A DNA stretch of 64,000 bases from Fibrobacterales bacterium (GTDB lineage Bacteria > Fibrobacterota > Fibrobacteria > Fibrobacterales > JAOPTW01), in assembly GCA_051532035.1 (NCBI GenBank), contig JAOPTW010000032.1, positions 21,546-85,545 on the forward strand, given 5' to 3'. A model generated the notes under the pieces. The model worked only from the letters and a program-made list of their open reading frames with translations. It ran no database searches and had not been told where the DNA came from. Below are positions 8,979-19,533 of this stretch, piece after piece. How positions within the stretch are numbered: position 1 is the first letter of the stretch; every line of letters starts with the position of its first letter. The position numbers and the translations under genes were made by a program.

Positions 8979-10431
8979 TGTAGTTTTTATTCTGGTACAG
9001 AGTCTCTCGGCATCAATGGAGACTGCACTCCCCAATATCCCAACAGCTGAGCTCTTGGGTCACGGAATGTATCAGGTAAAAGGGCAACTCTCATACGGAA
9101 CTATCAAAAAAGAAGGGAGTGATGAAACAATCTACCCTTACAATACTGGTGTCTATTTTGGCCTCTTTAACCGTGGTGAGGTTGGCATAAACTATGGACG
9201 AAGCGTCTCCCTTTTTCTCAAAGCACAACTGCTGCGAGAAGAAACCTTTTTACCATCACTCTCATTTGGCGCACAAGATGTACTTGCATCAAGAGAAGCC
9301 CATTTTTATGGGCTGCCCGACTCCTTACACAACGATTTTGAAGGTCAAGTATTTGTCGCTCTGACCAAAAATATTTTGGGGATGACTAAATTTCACACCG
9401 GAGTTACTATCGCTCCTGACCTCAACCAGGGAAGTGCAGACATCTATGTCGGCGTTGAACAATCCCTCGCTAGTGGTTTCAGTATTGACATCGAAGCGTA
9501 TCAACGAAAAGAGAAGTGGCATCAGAGTCTAGGTCTCTCGTGGCGCTACCACAATGATTTTAGAATGTCGATTGGCATGGCCGAAGTAAAAGAGTGGTTC
9601 TATCAAAATGATGAGATTGGATTTCACACCACTGCTGAACCAACGCGTGCCAGTCTCTTTGGCACCCCAACACTCTATGCGAGTATTAGCATATCAGGCT
9701 GGATGAAAGAAGATGAGACGAGTACTATGACAATGCAAATTGATCAGCTCGAACAGAAACAAACAGCGATCCTTACTACAAACGACAATGTCACTGCCCG
9801 CCTTAATCGAGCAGAAGAACAACTGCTCAGCCTTGTTGGCCCCAAAGCAGAAGAGATGCGCATTCAAGAAAAAGAGATTGAGTCAGTTATAAAAGAGATT
9901 ATTGCACTCTACAAATCTCCTGCCTATGACCCTAAAAAAATCCAGTCTCTTCAAGACAGTATCTTAAGCTTTAAAGATGCAAGCACCCGAACACTCACCA
10001 ACTTAACCGAACAACAAACTATTGATCCCGATTTTAGAATCCATGCTATTAAAATAGTAGGCTACAGCAAATCAGCTGCCTTTGTACCCCCTCTAAAAGC
10101 AGCATTGCGCAGCACCCATACCGAAGTGAAGCGTGAAGCCATATTTGCCCTCAGCCATATTGGAACACGAAATGCGTATAACGCCATTAAGCCTATGACC
10201 CAAGACAGTGATCTACAAGTGGTTGAAACGGCAAAACAGGTACTGGGTTCTATGGATCGTTCAACAGTTATTGACAACACCATAACAGCTATCACCACAA
10301 CACCAGACAATACAACAACACCTGACACAGTACAACAACCTCTCAGTTTAGAAGAACTCAATGTAGAGATTATCAAACTGCGTACCGAAATTGATTCACT
10401 TAAAACTGTACCAACAAAAGAGAAACCCTAA
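8956..10431 (+). CDS. Exported protein: beta-strand-rich (barrel-like) N-domain, coiled coil, HEAT repeats
   Basis: Signal peptide; alternating amphipathic strands; RIHAIKIVG, VKREAIFALSHIG and VVETAKQVL HEAT-like motifs. Confidence 0.65.
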   Translation: MKWYSYVSVVFILVQSLSASMETALPNIPTAELLGHGMYQVKGQLSYGTIKKEGSDETIYPYNTGVYFGLFNRGEVGINYGRSVSLFLKAQLLREETFLPSLSFGAQDVLASREAHFYGLPDSLHNDFEGQVFVALTKNILGMTKFHTGVTIAPDLNQGSADIYVGVEQSLASGFSIDIEAYQRKEKWHQSLGLSWRYHNDFRMSIGMAEVKEWFYQNDEIGFHTTAEPTRASLFGTPTLYASISISGWMKEDETSTMTMQIDQLEQKQTAILTTNDNVTARLNRAEEQLLSLVGPKAEEMRIQEKEIESVIKEIIALYKSPAYDPKKIQSLQDSILSFKDASTRTLTNLTEQQTIDPDFRIHAIKIVGYSKSAAFVPPLKAALRSTHTEVKREAIFALSHIGTRNAYNAIKPMTQDSDLQVVETAKQVLGSMDRSTVIDNTITAITTTPDNTTTPDTVQQPLSLEELNVEIIKLRTEIDSLKTVPTKEKP

Positions 10432-11478
10432 TTGAAACTCAGTGACTTTGACTACTCCTTCCCCCAAGAACTAATAGCAACCGAAGCCCAGGAGCGCGGC
10501 ACCTCTAGTATACTTATCGCGACTCCAAGTACTACAGATCTTCATATTATCAAGGCCTGTGATATACTCTCACTCATTCAGCCCGAAGATTGTTTAGTAG
10601 TAAACAATACTAAAGTGATTCCTGCACGGCTTAAAGGTACACGCAGTAGTGGGGGCAAAGTTGAAATACTCCTTATTGAACCCAAGCCTGAACGCGAAGG
10701 GCTCTGCTGGGAAGCCTGGGTAAAGCCTGGCAAGGCATTTAAAGAAGGGGCAGAAGTAACGCTCGCCGGCATGTCTGCGCGAGTGGAAGCAATCCAAGAT
10801 GATGGTTCACGTATTCTCTCATTTGCTACTGACTATACAACATTTTCAGCAGCTATACAAAAAGAAGGCCATGTTCCTCTTCCCCCTTATATTAATCGAG
10901 AATCTACAGACCATGATAAGGAGAGTTATCAAACGATATTTGCAAAGCATGAAGGAGCAGTAGCTGCACCAACAGCGAGTCTCCATTTTTCGGAAGAGAT
11001 GATAGAAGTACTTAAAAGCAAAGGAACCTCAATAGCAGAAGTGACATTGCATGTTGGACCGGGAACTTTTTCAAACATAGAACATGATGATTTTACAAAA
11101 CACACCATGCACGGTGAGCGCTACGAAATATCCTCTGAAAATGCTGACCGCATAAATAGTTGTAAAGCGAACGGTGGACGTATTATAACTGTTGGCACCA
11201 CAAGTACCCGTGTTCTCGAGACTGTTGCAGACTCAAATGGCATAGTACACCCGGGCTCGGGAGTTACTCACGCCTATATTTACCCAGGATATCAATGGAA
11301 GGTGGTCACGGGTCTCCTTACAAATTTTCACTGGCCCAAATCGTCATTGGTTCTATTAGTTGCTTCATTTTATGGAAGCGACAAGACCAAAGCGGCCTAT
11401 TCCTACGCAATAGAACACTCTATGAAACTTTTTTCTTACGGAGATGGGATGCTTATATTACCGAATATCCAGTCGTAG
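10432..11478 (+). CDS. queA: S-adenosylmethionine:tRNA ribosyltransferase-isomerase
   Basis: SDFDYSFP, NNTKVIPARL, PLPPYI, AAPTASLHF, VTLHVGPGTF, TNFHWPKS, FSYGDGMLI; TTG start. Confidence 0.96.
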   Translation: MKLSDFDYSFPQELIATEAQERGTSSILIATPSTTDLHIIKACDILSLIQPEDCLVVNNTKVIPARLKGTRSSGGKVEILLIEPKPEREGLCWEAWVKPGKAFKEGAEVTLAGMSARVEAIQDDGSRILSFATDYTTFSAAIQKEGHVPLPPYINRESTDHDKESYQTIFAKHEGAVAAPTASLHFSEEMIEVLKSKGTSIAEVTLHVGPGTFSNIEHDDFTKHTMHGERYEISSENADRINSCKANGGRIITVGTTSTRVLETVADSNGIVHPGSGVTHAYIYPGYQWKVVTGLLTNFHWPKSSLVLLVASFYGSDKTKAAYSYAIEHSMKLFSYGDGMLILPNIQS

Positions 11479-11487
11479 CGTGATGCA

Positions 11488-14400
11488 TTATGGAAGTATA
11501 GTCATATACCCCGTAAAAGATTTGTTACCCACAATTATCTCATAGAAATAATTACCACCTTGAAGCCTGTGACCGTATTGGTTCACATCAAAATAGATGG
11601 TATTACTATATGGAAGTCTCTCTCCATGTACTTTTTCTCCATTGCTCCGATACATATTAAATACCATACTGCTTTCATCAAGGGCACTCGCTGTTTGAAT
11701 AACAATAGTAGTCGTGCTCACAACAGGGTTAGGATAATTATACGCTTTTTCCACATGGGCATCATGATACTCTTCGGGATCAAGTTCATGTTTACTCACA
11801 ATAAGTGTATAAGCATTACCACCTGAGATAGAAAATGCAACCCGTGCCCCTATCACCTCTGTAAGTTTAGTATACCGCGCCATATAAACCCGATACCCTA
11901 AAGCACGTACAGATTCTATTCCATCAAATTCTAAAAATCCTTCTGCGCCCCCTCCCAATGTGGTTGACAAAATACAGTCCCAAGAATACATATCTTGACC
12001 GCTTGCTTGAATATCTGTGCGAAGTAATTGTGATTCACGAGCAAACGACATATAGGTTATATCACCTATAGGCAATGGGATTTCTGGTTTATCATATTTA
12101 TCAAAGCCAATCTCTGCATCTCTCATTACACCAACCTCATTCAATTCATCACTGAAAAGACCATTACTCATAGTCATTTTAATTTGCATTTTCCACTCAT
12201 CAATATCTATTCCTTTTTTGTATGTGAGATGTGTTGCAAGATATTGATCAGACTCAAAGAAAGGCTTATTGTCTATTGTCACACGCTGTGGATGACGCGT
12301 GTAGACCCAATAGCCCTTATTTGGTTTTAGATAATTTGCCAAATAATATCGACCTTTTTGCCAAGTAATAAATTCGAGTTCTTCGCTAAAAGCAGAAACA
12401 GGTATGTCATAAGTATAGGGGTTTCCGATTTGATTCCAACCAGTTCCATTCCACAACAGATCCACTTCTACAGGCTCTCGAGCAAACTCAGTGGGTATGA
12501 TCATGTCAGCAAGAGTAATCACCCAACTTGCTTGTCCTGGTTCAATGACACTCAATTCTTGACCTGTACGATATTTTTCATGTACTCCGACACTCCGCCC
12601 TTCTTCATACCATTTAAATAACGCCCCAGATACACCATTCTTCGTTGGAACAAACTCACCTCCTCCAAAAGTCATCATATGCCATTGATCTTTTTTAACT
12701 GAAAGCATATTCAAAGAATCAACAGTAAATACAGTATCAATAATAAATTGGGTTGAATCAAAATCTAGTGCATTATCAAGACTCACAATACTTCCATGAA
12801 CATAATAAGTCCCTGCGGCCATAGGATAAAAATCGGTATACGATTGGGTATAGTGATCTGAAGTTCGAATGATACTCTCTGTTTCTAAATCGTAAACGGT
12901 AAACTCAAAGACAACATTTTTTGATTCAACAAGCGCACCAGAAATAAACCAAAGTCTAAAAGCTGAACCATTTTGTTCTATAGAAATATTTAGTGAAGGG
13001 TAATTGTCTGAGTTAATCACAATAGGATCACTCATACCAAGCCCCTCTTGAGTTTGTGCAATGAAATAGGTATAACCTCCCTGTATATAGGTGACCTTCC
13101 CCGGTTCAAGAGAATGGTATTCTAATTCAGAAGGCATAAAACCTTCATTATTATCAGCAACATTTGACACTTTGAACGCGCCTGCTCCCGTTTGAAGCTG
13201 CGCTAATTTCCGAGTAAGTATTTTAAACTCCCTCCAGTTGTTCTCTGCTGTAAAATAGGCAATACCTTCACCACTAATAATATCGATGGCAGGAGGTGGT
13301 GATGGTGGCAATTGAGGCAAAGAAACTGAACCTTCAATTTTCACCGACGTAACTACTATATCATTCAGCTTATTCCCTGATACAAATGATTCCTGTGGGA
13401 TAAAGAGTTTTACATTATCAAAATAGTCGGCATTAAAACGCCGGGCACTCATTCCTACAGCAAAAACCTGTTCTTTACTCAATACAACTGTCACCTGATT
13501 ATCTGCTCCAATGCTCATTTGATCTTGAGTTATATAGACACACTCACTACTATACTTATTATACCAATCAACTGAAAAAGTCTCAGAGGCACCCATAATT
13601 GCAACAAAGCTATGTGATTCTCCTTTAAAGTCTACCAACTCACTTTGTGAAAGAATAGTAATAGGTTGAGATAACTTAATTACAAGCTTCTCTAGAGATC
13701 CATTATAGTGTGCGTTTGAAACCCAAGTCGCACCTGAATCAATAATAAAAGAAAGTTTCACTTCTTCACTTGATGAACTCATGAGCTCTTCAATCTTTGT
13801 TTCTGAGCTGGGGGTAATCTCAACAGATTGCGATTCCTCATTATGCCCACTACTTGAAGAAAGTGAAACTTTCTGATGTGTACTACTTGAAAAAATTAAC
13901 GTTGATGAAGAGATAGCACTCGACTCAAGAGCGTCACCACTTGAAACACCACCCAACTCACTCGATGGCATAGAGGCACTTGATGAGGACATAAAAGAAC
14001 TTGAAATATCTGAAGGTACTGCGCTTGATGAATAAATAGCTGCAGAGGAAGAAATGGCACTCGACTCAGGAGGATCATTACTTGAAACACCACCCATCTC
14101 ACTCGATGACATAGAGGTACTTGATGAGGACATATAAGAACTTGAAATATCTGAAGGTGCGTCGCTTGATGAATAAATAGTAGCAGATGAAGAAATAGCG
14201 CTCGACTCCACAACATCACTACTAGAAGAACGCTCACTTGAATATTCATACATACTACTTGATGATTCTGGGAATCCCTGTGAAGAGCTTTCTCTTGGAA
14301 AATACCCATTAACAACAAGAGGAATCAATGGCCCCATCCTCACTTTGTGATGTTTTTTCACTCTGTGATGCTTATTCATAGGCCTATTGTTAAAAACCAC

Positions 14401-14745
14401 ATAATATTTTTCTTGAGGAGTATAGTGATCTCTGAATACCAATGCTACAGAATCATCAAGAGTAATCCTAATTATTCGTTTTTTTAAAACATGCTTTCTT
14501 GGTAGCGGTATACAAAGTATTGGTTCTATTTTTTTATGACTTAACACAATACAGAGTTCAGACTTTTTTTTGTCTGAAAAAGATAATCCTCGTGAATTTT
14601 TGAGCTCAATACTATTCTCTTGATACTCATAACGCGCCCCTATATGGGTGTCATGAGTGTCATATTTTTTATGACTACTTCCAAAAGAATTTGCTGGTAT
14701 TACTATCAGTAGTATTCCTATCATTATGAAAAGTATCCTTTTCAT
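11488..14745 (-). CDS. Large secreted protein with Ser-rich repeats and a C-terminal T9SS-CTD/FlgD-Ig-like domain
   Basis: Signal peptide; Ser-rich linker; GWNQIGNPY; C-terminal YNYPNP..TTI..GNYFYEI. Confidence 0.75.
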   Translation of the reverse strand: MKRILFIMIGILLIVIPANSFGSSHKKYDTHDTHIGARYEYQENSIELKNSRGLSFSDKKKSELCIVLSHKKIEPILCIPLPRKHVLKKRIIRITLDDSVALVFRDHYTPQEKYYVVFNNRPMNKHHRVKKHHKVRMGPLIPLVVNGYFPRESSSQGFPESSSSMYEYSSERSSSSDVVESSAISSSATIYSSSDAPSDISSSYMSSSSTSMSSSEMGGVSSNDPPESSAISSSAAIYSSSAVPSDISSSFMSSSSASMPSSELGGVSSGDALESSAISSSTLIFSSSTHQKVSLSSSSGHNEESQSVEITPSSETKIEELMSSSSEEVKLSFIIDSGATWVSNAHYNGSLEKLVIKLSQPITILSQSELVDFKGESHSFVAIMGASETFSVDWYNKYSSECVYITQDQMSIGADNQVTVVLSKEQVFAVGMSARRFNADYFDNVKLFIPQESFVSGNKLNDIVVTSVKIEGSVSLPQLPPSPPPAIDIISGEGIAYFTAENNWREFKILTRKLAQLQTGAGAFKVSNVADNNEGFMPSELEYHSLEPGKVTYIQGGYTYFIAQTQEGLGMSDPIVINSDNYPSLNISIEQNGSAFRLWFISGALVESKNVVFEFTVYDLETESIIRTSDHYTQSYTDFYPMAAGTYYVHGSIVSLDNALDFDSTQFIIDTVFTVDSLNMLSVKKDQWHMMTFGGGEFVPTKNGVSGALFKWYEEGRSVGVHEKYRTGQELSVIEPGQASWVITLADMIIPTEFAREPVEVDLLWNGTGWNQIGNPYTYDIPVSAFSEELEFITWQKGRYYLANYLKPNKGYWVYTRHPQRVTIDNKPFFESDQYLATHLTYKKGIDIDEWKMQIKMTMSNGLFSDELNEVGVMRDAEIGFDKYDKPEIPLPIGDITYMSFARESQLLRTDIQASGQDMYSWDCILSTTLGGGAEGFLEFDGIESVRALGYRVYMARYTKLTEVIGARVAFSISGGNAYTLIVSKHELDPEEYHDAHVEKAYNYPNPVVSTTTIVIQTASALDESSMVFNMYRSNGEKVHGERLPYSNTIYFDVNQYGHRLQGGNYFYEIIVGNKSFTGYMTILP
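13882..14208 (-). repeat. 141-bp (47-aa) tandem repeat, about 2.3 copies, Ser-rich
   Basis: CTCGACTC anchors at 13919, 14060 and 14201 (141-bp spacing); ESSAISSS...GGVSS unit. Confidence 0.85.
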
Positions 14746-14771
14746 AATGCGCCCCCACGCTTCTCATTCAG

Positions 14772-14799
14772 TTATCGGGATCTCATATCCCTCTATTTA
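14772..14799 (-). promoter_or_regulatory. sigma28-like promoter
   Basis: Minus strand TAAA-N16-CCCGATAA, 26 bp upstream of the ATG at 14745. Confidence 0.45.
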
Positions 14800-14975
14800 T
14801 TAAAAATATATTTTCCACTATAGTTATTCCACTATATAATACATCACAATTTTTATTACGGAAATGTATTTCTTATGCATCGTAAAAAAGCTCATTAAGC
14901 AAAATAAAAGTATGTGTATAAAATTTTGACATGACTAATTTTTTGGCACCACAGAGAATGCACTACTTTTCAAGA

Positions 14976-17303
14976 TTACATCTTAAAAAAGCTTTCAATT
15001 TCTGATTCAAGCTGTTCCATTTTAAATGGCTTAGGTAGATAGCTATTTATGCCATGGCGCTTACATTCGTTATGCATATACATTTCTTCTCGTGCAGAAA
15101 GTGCAATGATAGGAATATGTTTAAACACATCTGACTTTTTTTCTCGAAGACGAATTTCCAGAGCCGCTTCAAACCCATTCATTACCGGCATCTGAATATC
15201 CATCAAAATAAGGTCATACTTGTTTTGCATCCACTCCTTAACACATTCAGAGCCATTTCCCACAATTCGAAATTTATGATTTAAGTTTTCGAGTGTTTTT
15301 GAAATTATTTTTTGATTCACAAGATCATCTTCGGCAACGAGTACCGAAAGGCCTTTCGTTATTGTCGGAATCTCATGAGCAGGAAGTTCTTCATAATGGC
15401 ATTCATCACCCAGCCCCTGCTCAATTACCATATGATACTCAGTACCAATTGTATCACCATTAAAATCGAGAGGCTCATACCATACTTGTGCATTTACCAA
15501 CTCTACTAACTGTACAAAGAGATAATTTTCAGCCACCTTCACATCACTCTCATCATGAATATTTTTTTCTTTGGTAATACTTAAGAACTCACCTGCTGGT
15601 GTTGTTCCCGAATCTTGAATGATAAAATGAACTTCAATGGTACCATCTATCGTCTCTTCGACTTCACAAATAAGTTTTACAAACCCATGAGAGGTATATT
15701 TAATAGAAAGTGAAATCAAACGAGTGATTAAAAACATAACGCGTTTAGCATCACCGACCAAATAATTCTGAACTCTTTTGGGAAGAAGTTTCTCAAAACG
15801 AAGCCCCTTTACAATAGCCAACTTCTCTAATGAACCGAGTACTCCATTTACTTCATATAAAAAATCATATGGGTCTTTTTTAATCTGCAAAAACCGGCCA
15901 TCATTTATAGCAACCTCAACAAAGTCGTTAACAACCGACATGATCTTTTGCATTGCCTGATCTGCAGAGTCGAGCAATTCATGTTGATGTGGTGTTTTTT
16001 TAGTGCGCAGCAGTAATTCAATGGCCCCGACAACACCATTAATTGGGGTGCGAAGTTCATGACTAATATTTCTCAGAAACATCTGTCGTTGACTATTTAA
16101 GGCATATTTTGCCTGCATATCTAATACGGCATCACGAATATCTTTTTGAATCATACTAAAAGAAAAGAGCGTCACCTGGACAACCAGAAGTATTACCACC
16201 CATAAATAATTGACCTCACCATAAGGAAACACTCCTAAAAGCAGACCAAAATAGTAAAGATGGAGAAATGCCATTAATGCTATTGAGAGAAGATAGCGCA
16301 CTGCATTATATCTATTTATTTTAAAGTAGAGTATCCCCGCTAGAATCATCCATGAATAAGAGACTACAGACAAAACCAGCTGCGGGTAAAAAAGATGTTC
16401 TCTCGCATCTGTCAGAGCAACAAAAGCAGTAATGAGCCATAGAGATATTGTCACTGCAAGAAAATAGATATGCACTTTTTTACGAGATAATTTTTGTAAA
16501 AAATGCTTAGTAAAGAGCAGAAAAAGTATGGTCATTGCTGCCTGCAACACAGGGAGAGCATTACTCCATCCTCCATTTATATAGGGCATAAAGTAAGGAA
16601 CAAAGCCAGAGTATATCATGGTTGAAGAGACAAACAACAAAATGCCTCCAAGGTAGAATACAAATCTCATTGCCCTAAAAATAGAGGCGATAATCCCATT
16701 CACGATCAGAACACCAATCAGCATAGACAATACAAAGAGATACTTTTTACTTTCACCATTAAGAAAATCCTTATCGTAGCTCTCACTATGTACGATAAAA
16801 CCCGCTCTGAACAGATAGTGGTTTACAGTCCGAGTAAAAACTGTCACCGTTTCACCGGCATTCATCGTGAAGCGGATACCATTCCCCACTGCAACCTGCC
16901 GTTCAGCATATGGAAGGACCCCACCTGATTTAAAATGCTGTACCGAGGTATCTTCACGCTCCACATAATAATCAAGCTCAGTATCACTCCCCATAATACG
17001 ATGCAGAACAAAAGCCTGCCCTTGGAGCGTTGTATTTTTGAGATAAAACTTTGTCCAGAGTGCCTGAGACAAATGACGTGGGATATCCAGAGGTGATAAC
17101 CGATGAAAGGAGTCACGAAGAGGAGCAACATCGTCAAAGGTCATTTTTTCTAATGTTTCTGTGTAAAAATAGAGATTACGCTCTGATATTAAATCATGCT
17201 CATTGTTTATAAATGAGAAGGTGACTTGGCCAAATACTCCACTACTACAGAGCAGAGCAACAAGAACACACCTTAATAACCCTGTTTTCGACGAAAAATA
17301 CAC
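14976..17303 (-). CDS. 7TMR-DISM-type hybrid sensor histidine kinase/response regulator with a degenerate ATPase domain
   Basis: Extracellular DISMED2-like region, about 7 TM helices, FLRNISHELRTPING, receiver VAEDD..DLILMDIQMPVMNG..LPKP. Confidence 0.85.
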   Translation of the reverse strand: MYFSSKTGLLRCVLVALLCSSGVFGQVTFSFINNEHDLISERNLYFYTETLEKMTFDDVAPLRDSFHRLSPLDIPRHLSQALWTKFYLKNTTLQGQAFVLHRIMGSDTELDYYVEREDTSVQHFKSGGVLPYAERQVAVGNGIRFTMNAGETVTVFTRTVNHYLFRAGFIVHSESYDKDFLNGESKKYLFVLSMLIGVLIVNGIIASIFRAMRFVFYLGGILLFVSSTMIYSGFVPYFMPYINGGWSNALPVLQAAMTILFLLFTKHFLQKLSRKKVHIYFLAVTISLWLITAFVALTDAREHLFYPQLVLSVVSYSWMILAGILYFKINRYNAVRYLLSIALMAFLHLYYFGLLLGVFPYGEVNYLWVVILLVVQVTLFSFSMIQKDIRDAVLDMQAKYALNSQRQMFLRNISHELRTPINGVVGAIELLLRTKKTPHQHELLDSADQAMQKIMSVVNDFVEVAINDGRFLQIKKDPYDFLYEVNGVLGSLEKLAIVKGLRFEKLLPKRVQNYLVGDAKRVMFLITRLISLSIKYTSHGFVKLICEVEETIDGTIEVHFIIQDSGTTPAGEFLSITKEKNIHDESDVKVAENYLFVQLVELVNAQVWYEPLDFNGDTIGTEYHMVIEQGLGDECHYEELPAHEIPTITKGLSVLVAEDDLVNQKIISKTLENLNHKFRIVGNGSECVKEWMQNKYDLILMDIQMPVMNGFEAALEIRLREKKSDVFKHIPIIALSAREEMYMHNECKRHGINSYLPKPFKMEQLESEIESFFKM

Positions 17304-17385
17304 TCATGAGCCATAAAAAACAATTCTTTCCGATTGTACTACAATTACCAGAAAAAATCACCTTTTTTCAACAAAAACGACCCTT

Positions 17386-18456
17386 CTAATCCTCCTCAAA
17401 CTCACTTTTTCGCACGTTGAATTCTCGAAATTCATTGATTAACAGTCGATCATTGGGCGCATAGGAGAGCGCCTTTTTAAGAAGCCTTAGACTGACATCA
17501 AATTCGGCCTTAGTTTCAAACTCATACGCTATATTTTTAAGCCCTTGTACCCCTTCAATACTTTTCGGTGCAGCCATACCATAATACTCTTCGGCACGGT
17601 CCCACCACTCAGCGTCATAGGCAAGATTGCCAATAAAAATAGAAGCATCGGTAAAGTCGGGTTTTGCAATCAACGCCTTTTGCAGGTATTCCATTGCAAG
17701 AAATGGTTTTTCACTCCGTGCAAGTACATCGGCAATCTTATAGAGAACCTCGTGATTATCTGGCTCGATAGAAACCCCATCTTTATAAACAGATGCTGCA
17801 AGATCTAAATTACCAGACATGCGATAGAGGTCACCCATATAATAAAGATAGTCAACCTCTTCGGGATTACGTCGATACGCCTCTCTCACGAGTTCAATCG
17901 CCCTATCAAACTCTTTTAAGCTTACATGTACTTCTGCAAGTTGATATACAATAGTAACATCCTCAGGCTCAAGTTTCTGGGCTTTTTCAAGAGCGCGCTG
18001 GGCCCCCACATAATCTTCTGTCTTTGCATAAGCCTCGGCAATATAGAGCCATGCACCCACATTTTTAGGATCAAGAGCAAGTGCACGATGATACACTGCA
18101 ATGCTTTCACCATACTGCCTTAAGTGATACAACACACCTGCAAGATTAAACAGTGCTGTAGTATTTGCACCTTTTGAATAGCGCACAGCTTTACGAAATG
18201 AAGCAGCAGCCTCGGGGAGTTTTTGTAAACGATAATAACAGTTACCAATATTAACAGAGGTTGCTATTGGTGGTCCACCGCGCAACAAAGCTTTACGATA
18301 GAGGATAACTGCCTTATAGAACTTTCCACTGATATAGAGATTATTTGCTCGCTCAATAACCTGGGCACTGTTTTGCGCAGCACCCGGTGCAGTATAACCC
18401 AACTGACTCATCGAAACAATGACGAGCATCAACAATAGCTTATTTATTTTACTCAT
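17386..18456 (-). CDS. Tetratricopeptide repeat protein of the TonB operon
   Basis: Signal peptide; repeated TPR motifs (ALALDPKN, AQKLEPED, SIEPDN). Confidence 0.88.
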   Translation of the reverse strand: MSKINKLLLMLVIVSMSQLGYTAPGAAQNSAQVIERANNLYISGKFYKAVILYRKALLRGGPPIATSVNIGNCYYRLQKLPEAAASFRKAVRYSKGANTTALFNLAGVLYHLRQYGESIAVYHRALALDPKNVGAWLYIAEAYAKTEDYVGAQRALEKAQKLEPEDVTIVYQLAEVHVSLKEFDRAIELVREAYRRNPEEVDYLYYMGDLYRMSGNLDLAASVYKDGVSIEPDNHEVLYKIADVLARSEKPFLAMEYLQKALIAKPDFTDASIFIGNLAYDAEWWDRAEEYYGMAAPKSIEGVQGLKNIAYEFETKAEFDVSLRLLKKALSYAPNDRLLINEFREFNVRKSEFEED

Positions 18457-18458
18457 AA

Positions 18459-19109
18459 TTACTCGCTAAATCTAAATTCAAACTCTTTTTCCATGCCACA
18501 AAAAGGCACTGCTTCATTATCTCTCAGGGCAGGCTCAAAAGCACAATTTTGAATTGCCCGTATACTATTATTTCCAAGCCCCATACCAACAGGTTCTTCA
18601 TTCAATATACGTACATCATAAGCGCCCCCCGAAACATCAATACAAAAACTCACGGTAACCGAAGCATTCACCTCAAATTCAATTATTGCCTCTGGTACAC
18701 GCATTTCACACTGGGCAAGGGGGCGCGGTTTACTATCCACGTCACCACTCTGACCTCCCCCATCACCACGAGATTTATTGATCAAATCAAGAGAAACATT
18801 CGCACCACCTGCCCCTGCAACATCAAGATTCATAGCAAATCGAGGCCCGGATTTTACATTTCTATGATTTGGTTTAGAACGTTTTGGTTTTCGACGTTCT
18901 TTCTTAGGTTTTGGCTTAGGCTTTTGAAGGTCAATTTTTTTAAGAACCAACTCCGTATTTTTTCTCTCTTTTGTTTTAAAGAGATCACCCTTTACTATTG
19001 AACTCACTATAGGCATTGAGAGAATCAGTAGCCCACTGAGTAGTGCAGCCAGAATAACAAATAGTATGCGGGTCCCAAGATCTTTTCTTATAGGTTTTTT
19101 TCGACTCAT
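18459..19109 (-). CDS. tonB: Energy transducer TonB
   Basis: N-terminal TM, KPKPKPK linker, C-terminal VTVSFCIDVSG...FEPA domain; next to exbD. Confidence 0.8.
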   Translation of the reverse strand: MSRKKPIRKDLGTRILFVILAALLSGLLILSMPIVSSIVKGDLFKTKERKNTELVLKKIDLQKPKPKPKKERRKPKRSKPNHRNVKSGPRFAMNLDVAGAGGANVSLDLINKSRGDGGGQSGDVDSKPRPLAQCEMRVPEAIIEFEVNASVTVSFCIDVSGGAYDVRILNEEPVGMGLGNNSIRAIQNCAFEPALRDNEAVPFCGMEKEFEFRFSE

Positions 19110-19116
19110 AGTGTAC

Positions 19117-19524
19117 CTACTTTGAAAGTGCTGCTATAGAAACTTTCTTGACTCCTGTCAGATTACATACATCTATCACATTAACCACAGCTCCCGTATT
19201 TGAATCTTGGTCAGCAATAAGTATCACTTCCCGTTCTGGATTTTTCGATATCATCTGACTCAGTACATCTTTCAAGGTGATGAGATCCACTTGACGCTCA
19301 TTCACATGTACTGTACCTTCACGAGTAATTGCTATCATGATATTCTCTTTATTCACTTCAGATGCCGACTTTGCCTGTGGCTTTGTAACATCAACACCAG
19401 TCTCTCTCGAAAAGCTACTGGTAACAATAAAAAATATTAAGAGAATAAATACCATATCCAGCATCGGTGCAATGTCGATATTAGCTGCTTTACGTTCTCT
19501 TTTTGGAAGTTCAAACTGATCCAT
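19117..19524 (-). CDS. exbD: Biopolymer transporter ExbD
   Basis: IDIAPMLDMVFILLIFFIVTSSF; LIADQ. Confidence 0.93.
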   Translation of the reverse strand: MDQFELPKRERKAANIDIAPMLDMVFILLIFFIVTSSFSRETGVDVTKPQAKSASEVNKENIMIAITREGTVHVNERQVDLITLKDVLSQMISKNPEREVILIADQDSNTGAVVNVIDVCNLTGVKKVSIAALSK

Positions 19525-19533
19525 ACTTCTTCC

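Noticed and set aside
13896..14318. Alternative-frame 140-aa ORF with repeats
   Set aside because: Shadow frame of the Ser-rich tandem repeat inside the 1085-aa gene
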